From Antedon mediterranea (Eukaryota; Animalia; Echinodermata): a stretch of DNA of 64,000 nucleotides. A program made the position numbers and the translations under genes. This document shows positions 49,926-63,660 of this stretch, piece after piece. Numbering within the stretch: the first letter of the stretch is position 1; each line of letters opens with the position of its first letter. Under the pieces are notes generated by a model. That model was not told the origin of the DNA. It was given only the letters and a program-made list of their open reading frames with translations, and did no database searches. Location: the NCBI RefSeq assembly GCF_964355755.1, contig NC_092674.1, forward strand, positions 9,920,001-9,984,000. The letters are read 5' to 3'.

Positions 49926-52900
49926 GCAACTACCCAGCGTTGGACGGCCCATTAGAAGTGCTAAACCATGGACTTTATGTGTTACACCAATGGAGAAGAG
50001 ATAATGATTGCCGGGAACATGAAAAAACCTTAATTGGTCAAGTCACCACTGTGCTATGGGAAGTGCTCTTAGACTCTATTTGAAGAATACTAAAGCTTTC
50101 AGAATTGTAATCTTTCATTGGGATTAAATTTATTGCTATAACGTCAGTTCAGAAGAATTTATTTCTAAACCAGCTATAAATTGGATTGGGTTCAAAAAGC
50201 ATAAAAACATGGTTCATATGTCTAATGTAACAATAATAAAATATCAATTTGTTGGAAGTGCATTCTTTAAAAGATGGGGAATTGAGTTTTTACTTTCTGT
50301 AACAGTATTATATTTCGGTAAGTCAATAAACTACATTCGTGATATAATATGTATGAAATAATTTCTGAATAGTCTTGAATTTTATTGTAAGAGAGGGAAA
50401 TTGAGTTCGCTGTAATATATTGTTGTTGAAGTCATGTTTGCATTTAGAACCGCAAACATGCCCAATGAAACTTAAAACGCTTCTCATGTTACAATACGTT
50501 TTTATTAATTTTTACTTCTAAACTCCTTGTTTGTTCCACCATGAATTATTCAGATGATTTGCTTTAGTATTCAATTCAGTTTTCAATATCTTTATTTCGG
50601 AAGTCGTTTTTTATCTCGCACACATCCTACTGTACATTGAGAAACTCGGCAATTGCAGGATGGAAAAACTACTATTTTATTGTGTATATCAGTCCTATTT
50701 TCATATCACTTCACACAACTCTGAGGCATCACCACCAGTGTTTTGTATGGTGTGTACCCGAGTGTGTGTAATCTCCAAAATTCTACAAAGCAAAGTGGTT
50801 TAAGTCTCATTTGAGCCTCACTGAGTGGAGTAGAAAGAGTTACAACCCTGGCACTAGTTCAGGATTGAAGCTTGGGATTAGAAGACAAGCACATTATCGA
50901 TCAAGGTATAAGCTCCGCTAAATCCATCTCTGTACAAATAACCAAAACAAATAACCTACTGTATCTATATTAATCATTTCCTCAAAAAACATACTGTAAT
51001 GTGCAGAAAAATGTTTTGTTTCTTTTTTTTGCATGTGCAAACTGAAAGAATTATCAAAACTTTTAATATCTTCTATTACACATTTGTTTGATTAAAGAAC
51101 CATATGATTTTGAATTAATACTTTCATTTCCTTTCTTATACATTTCAATTTTTAAACATTCATATCTATAAACCTAACAAGAGCATGTGAAATCCAAATT
51201 AAAGATTATGATTCGATCGAAAAGAATACAATCTCAGTTTTTCATTTACCGACCGTTTTCTTTTTCATGTACGGTAGTTTATTACAACCGAACGAGAGTA
51301 AAGTCAGAACCTAATCAATATTTCTGATTGCCTACATACTAGTTCATTGGCCAATGTTAATTCATCAGTTGTAATTTGTTCTCCATCTCTCGTGAGAAAT
51401 TCACGAAACGGATTCAATGAGTAGCACGAAGGTTTTCCTGATGAGTCCCAGTTATCGTTCCCTAAGTACATCATCGATACCATGCCTCTTGGTTTTTCTA
51501 TTTGCTACATTGAGTGATGGTTATTTAATGATGTCTATTGGTGTCATTGTGTATCACACTTGAAGGAGGATGTATGTCAGTGATCTTAATCAAAAACCAT
51601 AATGTAATAGGTACATCTATTTCGTGCCTAGATTACTTGGATAAACCGACAACTGCCCTAGTCTAAGATGGAGATATAACTGAAAAATAGTTTATCCCTA
51701 TTCCTATATTCTGCAAACCATACAGCCTACATACGATCAGCATCATTTAGTTTAATTTCTTTAAGTCATTAGGTTAATGGCTATAAAAAAAGGGAAAACT
51801 TTAGGTACTGAAAATTATTAATTAATTATTTAGTTTTGGAATTTAAATGGAAGTTAGATGCGATTTGAAAGCTCTACTTTTAATGGGAGGTAATTATGCA
51901 AAATTTATCATTACAATAATGATGCTAAGAATGTAAAATAAGTAAGAGTAAAATATCAGTGGTAAATTTGAATGTCAAGAGTTATTCATTGTGTTCTGTA
52001 GTAAGTATTTAATACCACACGATTGGAAAGAGGCAATTTGTGTGTTTTTCCTAATTTAAGTTAGCTTGGTTGTACCAATTAATCTCGCATATTAACCTGT
52101 AGATGACTCTTATTGTCTTGTTTCTTGTTTTCATAGACTTCAAATTGGCTTAGCCTACAAAAATCCTTTTAGCTCTTTGCTAAGCTCTGGCTTTAGGCCT
52201 TTTATCCTTGAATGCCAATGAGATATTCAATAAGAAGTAAAATATTTTACAAAATATTTATCATCATGTATGAACTGAGAAACGAAAACACACTGCTCTC
52301 CCCTTCTTCTCAACATGTTTGATGTTGGAAACTTTGCTTAATATCAATACAATACAATAATACTGTTGAAATTCTGCATGAAATTTTTCTGAATCTGTGC
52401 TCTACATCTAGTTCAGGTATTTGTGATATAATGTACAGTCTCTTGTCCCCACATTAAAACTTGTTTTTCTAAAATAATTTTAGTTGACAGAAATGCACTG
52501 AGTTGTTCTATTGTTTACAGTTTTAGTACAATTTTGACATCTGAAATATTTTGTAGATTACGCATACTAAGTTTATAGATGTATTCTTAAGATCTGACAC
52601 TTTCAAGAGAAGTGTAAAAGTTTAAGTACAGCAGCAAGAAACAAGGAAATGTGTCCAGTTCAACGTGTAGATAAATAGTCAGGAAATACTGGTATTAAGC
52701 ATTGCATTATATAGATTAGAAAGTCTCTCATCGGCTCAATCATACTTAGAAACTGCTATGTCAATGAAAAAAAAGCCAAAATTATTATTATTATTGATAG
52801 AAGAGTCCATCAAGAAGAATATGACATGTTGAACTGGCTTGGTTATGATTAAAAAGGCTGCCATTTTCATACACACTATAGCATTAATATTACGATTGAT

Positions 52901-52942
52901 ATTTGCCTGTATTTGATTACTTTACATTCATGCTGAACAATT

Positions 52943-53420
52943 AAGCCCTTCCTAGGAAATAAACCCATGTCCTCCAATTCTCAGTGTAAGCCCTTCCTGA
53001 GAAATAAACCCACCCTTCTGGGAAACAATCTCATCCTTCTGGGAAATAATCTCATCCTGGGAAACAATCCCATCCTCCTGAGAAATAAGCCCATTCTTCT
53101 GGGAAATAAACCCATTCTGGGAAACAATCTCGTCCTCCTGAGAAATAAGCCCATTCTTTTGGAAATAAACCTATCACAGGAAACAATCCCATCTTCCTGA
53201 GAAATAAGCCCATTCTTCTGGGAAATAAACCCATTCTGGGAAACAATTTCGTCTTCCTGAGAAATAAGCTCCTCCTTCTGGGAAACAATCTCACCCTCCT
53301 GGAAATAAGCCTATTCTTCTGGGAAACAATCCCATCTTCCTAGGAAAACCCCCATCCTAGAAAGTAAAACCAACCTAGGAAATAATCCCATCCTTCTAGG
53401 AAAATAGGCCCATCCTCATA
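52943..53420. repeat. Degenerate 18-21-bp minisatellite (CTGGGAAAYAA core)
   Basis: Over 20 variant units such as CTTCTGGGAAACAATCCCAT. Confidence 0.9.
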
Positions 53421-56400
53421 ATCGAATTCATACAAAATGATGTATGTGAATTATTAATATCAACATCATAGTTTCATACTTGCATATTTCTATTACGATA
53501 TATAATATTGTATCCAGGAATGTATGTATTATACTTACGGTAATCAATTTTTTTAAATCTTGGACCTCCTAGCTATGTGAAATCAAAGTCCAGATATTAT
53601 ACAAAAAATGCTATTGTTCAATTGAAATGCACTAGACCAATATATTGATAACACTAGTCACTTATAGGCACAGTACAGACTTGACTGCACTAATATAACA
53701 CTAGCATCTGCTTATAAACCAATATACGTTGTGATAGCTTCTGAAAACATGCCAAATATGTGGAGAGCGTTTCAAAACCAATGATTCGTCCGTAGCTTGC
53801 ATTCATTGCAACCGTTTGATTCAAGATGGAAACAGCAACTTAATTGAATAAATGTTATAAAACAGAAAATATTAATTATGATTTTTATTAATGCAATGGA
53901 AATGACCAAAGATGTACTTCGTTTTTAAAAACTGGGCACGGCGTTTTTGAATAGAGCAGTCTATCATATCTTCTTCTTCTCTGCTTTATCTGGATGTTGG
54001 CTCCATGAACAAAATGTTCTCCATGTCTCTGTAAGTGGCCATAAGAAAATCATCTTCACATGGGAATGAATTCTTCCTCTTTTATTCTCTACACCAATGT
54101 TTCCATCAAAATCTAGCGACTCTTTCAATTTCCATTCTGACAACATGACTATACCATGGGGCTGTAGAGCTAAATGACCATACCATGTTAGTTTTCATTT
54201 GAAAATACTGTTAAATTTCTTTTATAGTGTGTGGCTGCATTGATTTGTATTGGAGCTGGATAATACTGTATCTCTACATTTGTACTGTTTAATGGAGCAA
54301 CTAGTTCCTACATTATTATACCATTTGTAGTATTAGTATATGGATCAGGTGGTATAACAGATGATGTTTAAAAACCTTCACAAACTGTTTGCTCACACAG
54401 ATAATATGCTGTGGATGGTGCCAGTTCATTTAGACCCTCTCAATTACCCTAATTATAAGTGTGTGTTCTGTCCGCTTAATAAACACCAATACGATAAAAT
54501 CAATTTGATATGCCTGGATTTTGTTTGCCATTAACCTATGGAAAAGCATTAGGGATTTCAAGCACTTGATATGTACTGAATATCTTATACCCATAATTCA
54601 TGTAAATACAAATAGAAATTTGTGTTAAGATTACTGACAATGTTTGCCACTGGCCCTGGTTTTAAATAGACTGTAGGGGGCGACATTTATAATAAAGGTC
54701 TTTCTTCCATGATTAAATTCTACATGAAGAGCATTAGTTTCATGACTTTAAAATAAACCTTATATTAAGATCTACCGTACATTTAAAGTTGATACTTTTT
54801 TCAAAAAAGAGTATTCTAAGGGAATTATTATCAAAATATCTGTTTTAATATACTATTGTATCTACAGTATTATGAAATTTGTATTATTTTATTATTCATT
54901 TCACAAATATTCCTATTAACAATGAGACAGTCGACTTTACTTCTCATAGTATAGTAAACTTCATAAGTACAGTAAAACCCTGATTGAGAGGAGATCCCTA
55001 TTAAGAGGACACTTACCTGTGAAATGAAGAAAGAGCAATATATTTAAACACTATACGGCCCTTATTCAGTGGATACCCCCAGTATTGGGAACACTTATTT
55101 TTATACAATCTGAGTATAATAATAATATAATACAAGAAAAATCTATGTTTGATATTATGCCATGATCTTTTTGAAATGCTGTCATCTACTATATATTTAT
55201 GGATTTATTAAATCATGTATTTTTTCTAAAAACAAATTATTATTAAAACAAATAATGTGATGTTATGATTTCATACAGTATATACCCATACAGTACTGAT
55301 GTGTGCCATAGGGCTTTCACTTGATACACAAACTGCAAAATTGAATTCGTCTTTAATTCATTTTCTTGCAATGTTGCTGCAGACAATGTTTGTTTCTAGA
55401 CACCCTACTAAGTACCACACAAGATCAACGTCCTCTACAAAATCCAAAATCAGTTTCTATTACTTACACTTGGCAAAATGAACTAGGATTACATACCAGA
55501 TAATAGTATATTTTCACGCCTCGGCCGCTAATAACTAAATGTTACATTATATTAGATAGGATATTCTAGAAGGGACTTGCTTGGGGCGTAAGGAGGTCAG
55601 GTTGCAACGCATCTGGTTGGTAAACCAAATAGTACGAGGGAAATAAAACAAACTAAATATTTTAGATTTTTCAAAATATTTATTTAAATCCTATTATAAA
55701 GTTGTATATTTTCCTATTAAACCAATTTTTTTTTTTTTTTTGGCAACAAAAAAACACATTACTTTATTATAAGCTAATTTGTGTTAAACTTTATGTCCCC
55801 TGTAAAGATATCCAATTTATACTTTGGAATTTCAATTTAGCTAATATGGTAATTATTTGACTAAAACTGTTTTTTTGCTTTGTTAGCCATTTAAGGGATA
55901 AGATCACAGGGACCAAATATGTCCTCAAGAAATCTATTCTACTGTTAACTTTTCTAGGGTAAAAATGTTTACATACAATTAAAAATGAGTGTATGCTCTG
56001 TTACAGTGGGTCTATTAAAACAGTTTTTATCTCTATCTGTATCAAACATTAACTTATGAACTTTTAAAAAGCATCTATACTCTAAAATATTCTTAAACTT
56101 TAGAATATTCTTAAACTTTAGAATATTCTTAAACTTTTGCAAAACATTTTCTGTAAGATTCTGTGGCAATGTTCTATGAACTATAACCTTGTTCAAAAAT
56201 TGATACTGATTATAAAACTTGCTTTTGGTTATAATATCAAAGCAATTTACGTGAAAAGCATATAATATTGTAACATTTATTGCATACTAATGAGTCCTCA
56301 AAAAAGCATATTTTTAGCAAATGACTGTCATAAATGTTCATCATGACTTAGCCAACTAATTATTGGCGAGACTTTTTCACTTCATGCTGTTGATTTTGCG

Positions 56401-57581
56401 GATTATTTATTAAATTGGTGGCCGAGTTGGGATTCTCCGTGGCTCATATAGGTTGTGTTATGACCTGTCTGAACATTATACTATTAGACATACCATATGT
56501 ATGTTATGTATACAGTATATTATACAAATAATGAATGTTTATGAGTGCAATGGTACAAATAATTGCATGGGGTGAAAGAAGCGTAGCCGAGTGAAAATTA
56601 TAACATTTCATCTTTCACCAAATTAGAAAAGGTATGGAAAACAATGAAATATTATATTAAATGAGTGTTAACATAATTAAGTTTCCAAATTTTCTGTGGT
56701 ATGAAAAGGTTGTCCGTAGGACTAGGAGAGATGTAGTCTTTTTCTCTGCGAAATCATTTAAAATCATGTTTTATTCTAGTAACCGTTTCTATTGGTTACA
56801 TAATATCAGAGCCAATCAGAGGTTAAGGTTGTTGTCATAATATGATGGCTTGTCAATTGTATAATTAGATTTCTGTAATTGATATGACCACTGCGATAAA
56901 GCTGGTAATTAACAATTTGATGAAATTGCACGAAGGCGGTGATGTAAATGAGTGATAAGTGAGAAAACTGAATAAATACAATTATTAAACACAAATGTTC
57001 TGTTCCCAGTTGTATAAAATTTACATTTAAAAAAGGAAAATCCATTAATATTTTCAATACTTTTTAATGGAATATTTAACAAGTACACATCAACTGTCAA
57101 ACTGTTTTTGTTGGACACTAGCTTAAATGACTGTCTCCCTCCAAGAACAATTTTTACCTACAGTATCTGTGGCCTAATTAATAGTCCATACAACAGTGGC
57201 GGATCAAGGAATTTTGAAATAGGGTGGCCCAGACCCTAAAATATGTAAAATGGCATGTTCTATCTTTAGCACTAGGGAAGCGGGCATTTTAACAATGTTC
57301 TTGGTACCGTACTGTGTGCAGCTATATAGATATTCAATTCTCTATTCTTTCCCCAATTGCCAACACAAGGAGGCTACAACAATACAGTAGTTGCTATAGA
57401 TGTTTTCTATTTTCGTTACTATACCACCACTGAAAACATTCCCATACCAATTGAGGTATGTTATCTAAGGATTTAGTGTTCTACCTGTACTTTATATAGC
57501 ATTGTCAAAAATAAAATAGCAAAATATGATTTTATCATAAATATTTAATAATTTAAACAATAATTATGGTTATTTTTGCAG

Positions 57582-57643
57582 AATTCAAATACACAGCAAC
57601 CCTGTGCAGAAGCCTTGTTCAAGTACGACGCCCAAGAGCCTTG
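57582..57643 (+). CDS. SH3RF1: SH3RF/POSH-family exon, start of SH3-1 (NSNTQQPCAEALFKYDAQEP + 2 nt)
   Basis: TTTTTGCAG acceptor ends at 57581 and GTAAG donor starts at 57644. The 62-nt exon ends in phase 2 and joins 58994 in frame (TG|T = Cys). Peptide matches the PCAKALYNYEGKEPGDL region of SH3RF proteins. Paralog (SH3RF1 vs SH3RF3) not resolvable. Confidence 0.9.
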
Positions 57644-57842
57644 GTAAGAAAGTTCATGTAAACTTTGAATAGGCCTTGACAGGTGTATATAATCATGTCA
57701 TTAAATATGCCTATCAATCAATAAGATGTATTGGATTTCACATTTGAAAGAAACCTTCATACTGCAATGTGTGTATGATGAATGTTTTAGGATAGCTCCA
57801 GGTTTATAATTCCTATTGTTATAAAATATATGCCTAAATTTC

Positions 57843-57975
57843 AACGACGTTTATAATAGCCTGACATAGTTTTTGATAGCGGAGATGGAAAACAACTATC
57901 CATTTTTAACGACGTTTATAATAGCCTGACATAGTTTTTGATAGCGGAGATGGAAAACAACCATCCATTTTTAAC
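57843..57975. repeat. 65-bp tandem duplication
   Basis: AACGACGTTTATAATAGCC at 57843 and 57908. Confidence 0.92.
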
Positions 57976-58993
57976 TAAGTACTATACTGCAAGACCTTTT
58001 TTCTAGTGTTAAAAGTTAGGAAATTTAGTAAAATTTACTCTCATTTAATGTATAATTTGAGGTATTTTTCTCTAAAAAACAATAAATCTTAGATACGAAA
58101 ATACAATTTTAACACTTCACTTCTATCAGGAAATAAATAGTATTAGTAGTATTTGCAAAGATGTTCTAGATTTAATAATATTTTAAAGAGCTACCCTAAG
58201 AAAGAGAACATCGAGTCATTTTTGAAAATATCAGGACCTTTTTTATGCCACATAAACAAATAAAATGAATATGCCATAAACTTTGGATAAACTTAGACCT
58301 CTGTCATCATAAAAGAATGAACACATCTTTACTGCCAACACAATACTATAAACATACAAGTTAATTGGCTACCCTTTGCACTTTACCTTTCATTTTATGG
58401 TGATGGGAACCATCAGTAATCATTCTTTTAGCACATGTCTGCCATTTAAAAGTCAATAACCAGTCTTTACCTGTACACCTGTGTTTACACCCATTGTAAA
58501 CATTTTTTACCAATTTCAGCCATGGCATATTTTTTTTTCTCGGAAACCAATACTAAAACATGTCTGGTTAAATTTATTAAGAAGAAATATATACAGTACC
58601 TATTGTTAGAATCACAATCAGACCATTTGTTTTTTGGTATCAACTAATTGTCGTAATGATTGTTTTCAACTATAGTAGAACCCCTCTTTGTTTTTATGAC
58701 TTAAAAAGTCATGGAAAAAGTCGTGGAAATTTATGGAATTATATGAAAAACAAATGGAATATGCCTTGAAAATTGCAACGTATTTGTTGAAATATTTTAA
58801 GGAAAACATTAGAAGAAGCAGCGAGAATAAAATATTAAAATATTTTTTTTATTATAGATGGTTTATTTTTAAATCTATCAAAACATTTCCAAGAAAACAA
58901 ATTTTACTATAAATGTGTTCATCAAAATGAAGATCAGATATTCTATCCAAGATAATCCAGGGTTATTTATTTCAAATGAATTTCTTATTACAG

Positions 58994-59207
58994 TGATCTC
59001 ACTTTCAACAAAGGAGAAATGGTGATCCTCCGTAAACGAATTGACGAAAACTGGTATTTAGGCGAATTAAACGGCAAAGTTGGTTTCTTTCCTGCAGCGT
59101 ACGTTAAAGTTGTTCATCCACTACCAAAAGCACCAGCGCAGTGCAAGGCCCTCTATAGTTTTGATGTTAAAGAGAAAGATGACAAAGATTGTCTGTCATT
59201 TGTGAAG
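58994..59207 (+). CDS. SH3RF1: SH3RF/POSH-family exon: rest of SH3-1, linker, start of SH3-2
   Basis: TTATTACAG acceptor, AAG|GTTTGT donor, 214 nt. Encodes DLTFNKGEMVILRKRIDENWYLGELNGKVGFFPAAYVKVVHPLPKAPAQCKALYSFDVKEKDDKDCLSFVK. The DKDCL.F.K motif is typical of POSH/SH3RF SH3-2. Confidence 0.95.
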
Positions 59208-62200
59208 GTTTGTATCAGTTGTCTTTCAATTCAATTCAAAATAATATTTATTTTCTTCGTTTTATTATTGAAACAACAATTTTTTTTTAAATAAATAAAA
59301 AATAATAATAGTAATAAAATAACTATAAATGGAAATTTGAGAAAATAGGAAGAAGGCAGGATGCCAGAAAGATGCAGGATCTTTGGTCGGGTTTGCCTGG
59401 GACACAAAACAAAGGGACAAAAACAAGCGGGAAACAAGGACACTGTGTGCAATTACATCATTATACAATTCACAAATCAGGTTTATTTTATGTAAAAATG
59501 TGTCTGTATGTAAACTAACCATACTGAATTGAAAATCATCCTTGTGATTTTTCATTTGAAAGACACACTCAAAGCTGAGTTTTGTAGATCTAGAGAACTC
59601 AGAATATCAGAGAACTGTGTCACCTCCCTCAGAGTTGTAAGTAATGGTTTATAATTCACATGGTTGGTATTCCAGCACGCTGTAGCCACCAGTATGGATA
59701 GTCCGGTTTCAACCTTACCGATTTTTTTCATGGTCCACACTAGATTATTCTTCCTATCACATCAATTAATTATCTATGAGATTCCCCAAACAAGAATTAT
59801 ATTTAAAAAGACTTAAAAGTAAGCCCAATTTTAGAAAAGAACTGTTCATTTTGACGTCAGTGCTGTAAAAATAATTATTAACCAACTTTGTAATACAGCA
59901 CATAGAAACAATTCACCAATGGAACATGTTTCTAGGCTAATCGAGATTGTATTGAAATTTCCCGATGAGAGAATCTATCTAAAACGTAATTTAAACCATT
60001 TTCGACGGTAGTGTTACAAATTGCCAAATGAAGCAGACATTCAACTCATTTGGCTTAATCATACAGGTATATTTATTACCATAATATGGCACCACTTTAG
60101 ATAGCGATTTACTTTCTATGTTGTAGCTCACATTGAAATCCTACCTTAGCTATAGAAAGCATTTCTTAACCTGGGCTTTAAAACTGTAATGTTGATATCC
60201 AAAACTAGTTTATTTTACAAGCTTTTACAAAGTCTACAAATGCATGATTTTGTTTTTTCTTTAAAGTGAACTTTAAAGTTTAAATTGTCTACTGAAGATA
60301 ATTACTACAAAGACAAACTTTCACAATTTTTTTAGATCGGTTGATTCTTTCCTAGACTCTTTGTGAATAGCATGTTGGTCTGAACATGTATTTGTAGCCT
60401 AGAATAGTTTTGATGTCACACTTTATAATTTTGTCTATGAATAGTCATATGGTAACTATTCATCCATACTTAATATCTATCATTTATTTGTTTCTACAAT
60501 TTACATTTCGGAAAAATGCTGATCATTTTACAAATTTGAACGTGGTTTATATTAGCTGCTGCTTTTACAGATTTTACAAGAGCTTTTCAATTTTAGTTTT
60601 AAACAAGGATGGTCCATCCAGCCAAAGCAGAAGAGAATCAAATGGACAAGGAATTAACAAAAATGAATGATTGGTATTAAGCTTAATAATATAGTTGACA
60701 ATGCTTGTGAAAATGGCTCAGTGTTTAGGTAGGCATGTACTTACAGTCTGGTGAATGATCCAGAGATTTTTAGTTTGATAACAATTTTCAATTTTAGTCA
60801 CAAGCATTTTCATACCCGCAAGAACTTTAAAGAAACCAGTTCATCTTTTGGAAGAATATTCGGTTACCTTGTCCCCTGTTATTGTGGACAGACGAGAGTG
60901 CCGTTTTGTGGCTAGCACTCAACACTAAAGGATCCGTAGGAGAGAAGAGACAGTTTATTTTATGTGTGGCCCCCACCTGTGCAATTCAGCCTGGTTATGC
61001 TGCGAGTCACATGTTATTCATCTACATTACATTTATCGGTACATTTTTCATGCCAGTTTGGGCTAAATTCACTCACAGTTTCTTATAATTGCAATATCAT
61101 CTTTCAATATCATCTTTCAATAATTACGTGATGATTGCCTAGTAGTGTTATATGACGTGTCATCCATCATTTTCATAATTGATTTTATCATCATCAGAAC
61201 AACTTCGATTTTGAGCTATTATTCAACTGGTGATGTCATCAATTACAGCACACTCAATTCTCAATTAAGTTAATTTAAAGAACTATAACCTTGATCTATG
61301 CGATCTGCAAGGTGTAGAGATAGCTATTAAGAATTGCCAAAAATTGGGTCTAAAATAACACTTTTTTATGGGAAATTGACACCATTTTAACATAACCTAA
61401 AACACGAGGTAAAATTTTTGCGTCAACTTAAATGGCACGAATGTCGAAATTAAGGTTTAGAAGAAAATAGAGTACAAAAAATACAGAGGATCTGGGACAG
61501 ATCCAGGGAGGAGCTCTAGGGTTGCACCTCTAGGGTTGCACCTCCCCTTTTGACAGCAAAAAGGATTTTTTTTTTTTTTTTTTTGGACAGACTATTAACA
61601 TGTTAATTCTAGATCCATCAAACAATAATTAGTATTAAAATACAACTTAAATAATGGTATGCCTCCTCTTCTTTGCACCAAAGTGCTCAATCTGCCTCTA
61701 TTATCCAGTATTGTCTTCACATTTTGCAATCAAATGCATTACAAAGTACATACCAGTACTGGTAAATTGCACGACTCCTTTGGGACAGCATCAGCATTGC
61801 AATTATAATTGCAATTATATTTACTGTGTTTCTGTTCTAATTACTGTGTCATTTTAGACAGCTTATGGCAAGATATATTTTTATTTATATTACTAATAAA
61901 TCAAATTCTCCACAGAGAAATTTGGTTTGTAAGACTTGTTTTGTAGTATTGCCAATTTGCCTTTCTAGGGTAAGCAATTATATTTCAATGGATATTGAGT
62001 CCATGTCCACCAAAGTGACACATGTTTATTATAAAAGCTAAAGAAATTGTTTTGTCAACCACTGCCCTATTTATCATTTTGTTTCTATCCTCTTGTTTAT
62101 AATAACTTTACTTTAAAAAAAAGTTTTCACATGTCTTTCTTTATTTTGTCAGATGTGATGAAAATTTAATTTTTTTTTATCGAGTTAAAATCACAGAGTT

Positions 62201-62289
62201 TATATAATTAATTAACGAATAATTCCAGTGTAATCATATTAAAAAGTGATGGATGGAGAGAGGACCACAGAATATGGCTTCATCACAGT

Positions 62290-62829
62290 GGCCAATCAGC
62301 GAGCCGTGCTGCAAGATTCACTCTCAGTAGATATGAACGTACAGCCAGTGTCAGTGCCATGCTCCACGAACTATCTTATTACTATGTTTTCATTTATGTA
62401 CACACCTATAATTATATTATACTGTATAATGCCATTGTTGAATAAATAAATGTTTTTTGAACTTGAACTTGAACCCTGGCTGAAAGACGTCAACTCTCAA
62501 GACTATCAATGTTCTACAAGATACACAACAACCTTGTTGCAATTGATATGGACAAATACTTAAGCTCCAAAAACCTCACTGCCCCCTCTCGCACAGAAAA
62601 CAGAAAATAATATTCCACGCTCAAGTCGGGACTATCATTGGATGTCCTCCTTTCCCAGAACGTCAAGAGATTGGAACATCCTAGCAGAATCAACTGTAAA
62701 GGCACCAACTTTTAAATCATTTAAGGGGGTTCTTTACGAAAACTAACTCACTCGCACCACATCCCACCAAAGTGCTATAGTCTTCAAGTCTGAAGTTTGC
62801 ACTAAATTGGAAGAAGAAGGAGAAGAAGT
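62290..62829 (+). mobile_element. CR1/L2-group LINE 3' fragment interrupted by a ~100-bp nested retroelement tail
   Basis: RAARFTLSRYERTASVSAMLHEL, then an insert ending AATAAA..(GAACTT)n, then LAERRQLSRLSMFYKIHNNLV...FPRTSRDWNIL and a (GAA)n tail. Confidence 0.75.
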
Positions 62830-63360
62830 CAATTCCCTAATAGTTATGTACCACTATGAGTCTATGACTGTGTTGCAGCATGTTGAGCGTATCAATGCAA
62901 GAATTTATTTGTATGCATAAATTAAAGAAGTTTTAAATAAACAAACATTTATTTTTAGTGGCATTTATTAATTTTAAAACATAATATTTTTTAAAGGCGG
63001 ACATGTTCAGAAGTAACTGCAAACATGCTGATCGCTACCACTAAAAATTAACATTCATAACAATACTTTACACAATGTGACCTGAAAAATCCCTGAAAAT
63101 GTTGAACGTGCTATTTAACCAAATATAGTACGCAGCACAGATTTCACTCTGCAAACCAGTGTATCACACACTTAAAACGTTAACTTATACAGTTACTGAA
63201 ATTACTCGTACATTTAAAAGCTATCGTTAACAAGTATGTCGGTAAAGGAGAATGTTACGAGACGATTTGTAAGACAATGTACAGTAGATAACACTTCGTT
63301 TAAAAGCTTTTTTGTCTTTCAATTCATAAATCAACTTCTTCATTACTCTTCCTGTTTCAG

Positions 63361-63456
63361 GATGAAATTCTAAACGTGATTCGCCGAGTCGATGACAATT
63401 GGGTTGAGGGGAAGAAAGGCGATAAGATCGGTATATTTCCAATTTCGTTTGTAGAG
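63361..63456 (+). CDS. SH3RF1: SH3RF/POSH-family exon completing SH3-2
   Basis: CTTCCTGTTTCAG acceptor, GAG|GTAAAC donor, 96 nt, phase 0. Encodes [32 protein letters not shown]. Confidence 0.95.
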
Positions 63457-63499
63457 GTAAACTAATCTTTTTATTTTGTTTAGAATACAGTACTTCTAA

Positions 63500-63660
63500 A
63501 GCTCTGTCTACACTATCAAACTAGTTTGACAAAAAAAAGTGCGATGTGCCCAAATATGGTAGTGATATGCCTAAATATGGTAGTGATAGGACATCATCAT
63601 GTCCATATATGGAAACATCACATTTTTTGTTGCATAAAGTTTGATAGTGTACACGGAGCT
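63500..63660. mobile_element. Harbinger/Tourist-like MITE (family D), copy 2
   Basis: AGCTCTGTCTACACTATCAAACT ... AGTTTGATAGTGTACACGGAGCT, flanks TAA/TTA; reverse complement of 44330-44483. Confidence 0.85.

Larger units (their letters stand above)
1..57581 (+). other. Very long intron upstream of the SH3-1 exon (RING-coding exon presumably left of the window)
   Basis: No RING or other host exon recognisable before 57582. The window begins with GTAAGC, a donor-like motif whose use cannot be verified without the upstream sequence. Confidence 0.6.

Noticed and set aside
61955-61978. TTTTCTAG-G-GTAAGC as a 1-nt microexon
   Set aside because: It would frameshift SH3-2, and the flanking exons already join in frame.
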